The translations under genes and the position numbers were made by a program. Below the pieces are notes generated by a model. The model saw nothing but the letters and a program-made list of their open reading frames with translations. It was not told the origin of the DNA and searched no databases. A stretch of DNA of 64,000 bases from Octopus sinensis (Eukaryota): positions 124,001-188,000 of the forward strand of contig NC_043020.1 of assembly GCF_006345805.1 (NCBI RefSeq). The letters run 5' to 3'. Below, piece by piece: positions 63,641 through 64,000 of the stretch (position 1 is its first letter; each line of letters opens with the position of its first letter).

Positions 63641-64000
63641 GGCACCCACACACACACACACATACACATGCATGTGCGCACATACACATACACGTGCGCA
63701 CAACCTGCATATTTGTTGCTTGGTTGTTGTTTTCTTTGACCTGCTCAGTTCGTTTGTGCTTTTTGGTTTTGGATAAATTAATATATTTCGCTTTTCATTT
63801 TTTGCGTTGAGGGAAATTTTTAATAAAGAGCGAAGATGATTTTCATTCTTTTTTTAATTTTTTTTTTTTTTTTTGGGAAATATAAAAATAAACTGCACTC
63901 CAAACAAGGCAACAAAACCAACGGAAGAAATTCATTCCATGAAAACAATACATTTTAATGATGCTGATGGGGGGGAGTAGGGAACGAGGGGGAGGTGAGA

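Overview
This is AT-rich, repeat-saturated metazoan DNA. Its tRNA-derived SINE families, internal (TA)n/(TG)n tracts and BovB-like tails match what I recognise from coleoid cephalopods, most likely Octopus (inference). No complete or identifiable protein-coding gene is visible, and almost all ORFs in the supplied track come from microsatellites or repeats. The window reads like intronic or intergenic sequence, possibly the 5' part of a large plus-strand gene: there is a candidate start-codon exon (24797-25015) and a phase-compatible 27-nt microexon (35904-35930) whose first bases also form an AG|GTAAG recursive-splice motif. Mobile content includes at least five SINE families (labelled A-F here as working names; C is RTE-like and may not be a true SINE), three RTE LINE fragments, a decayed Tigger/pogo transposase, hAT and piggyBac-type MITEs with TSDs, two Helentron-like elements, and Penelope-type repeats carrying minimal hammerhead cores. 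The most notable observations are three independent insertions of SINE-B into the same AGAAACTG motif of SINE-A, a three-level higher-order minisatellite (24, 116-118 and 350 bp), a minimal tRNA-Asp-headed SINE, and a direct-inverted-direct fold-back triplication. Everything was read by eye, and the ends of diverged repeats are approximate.
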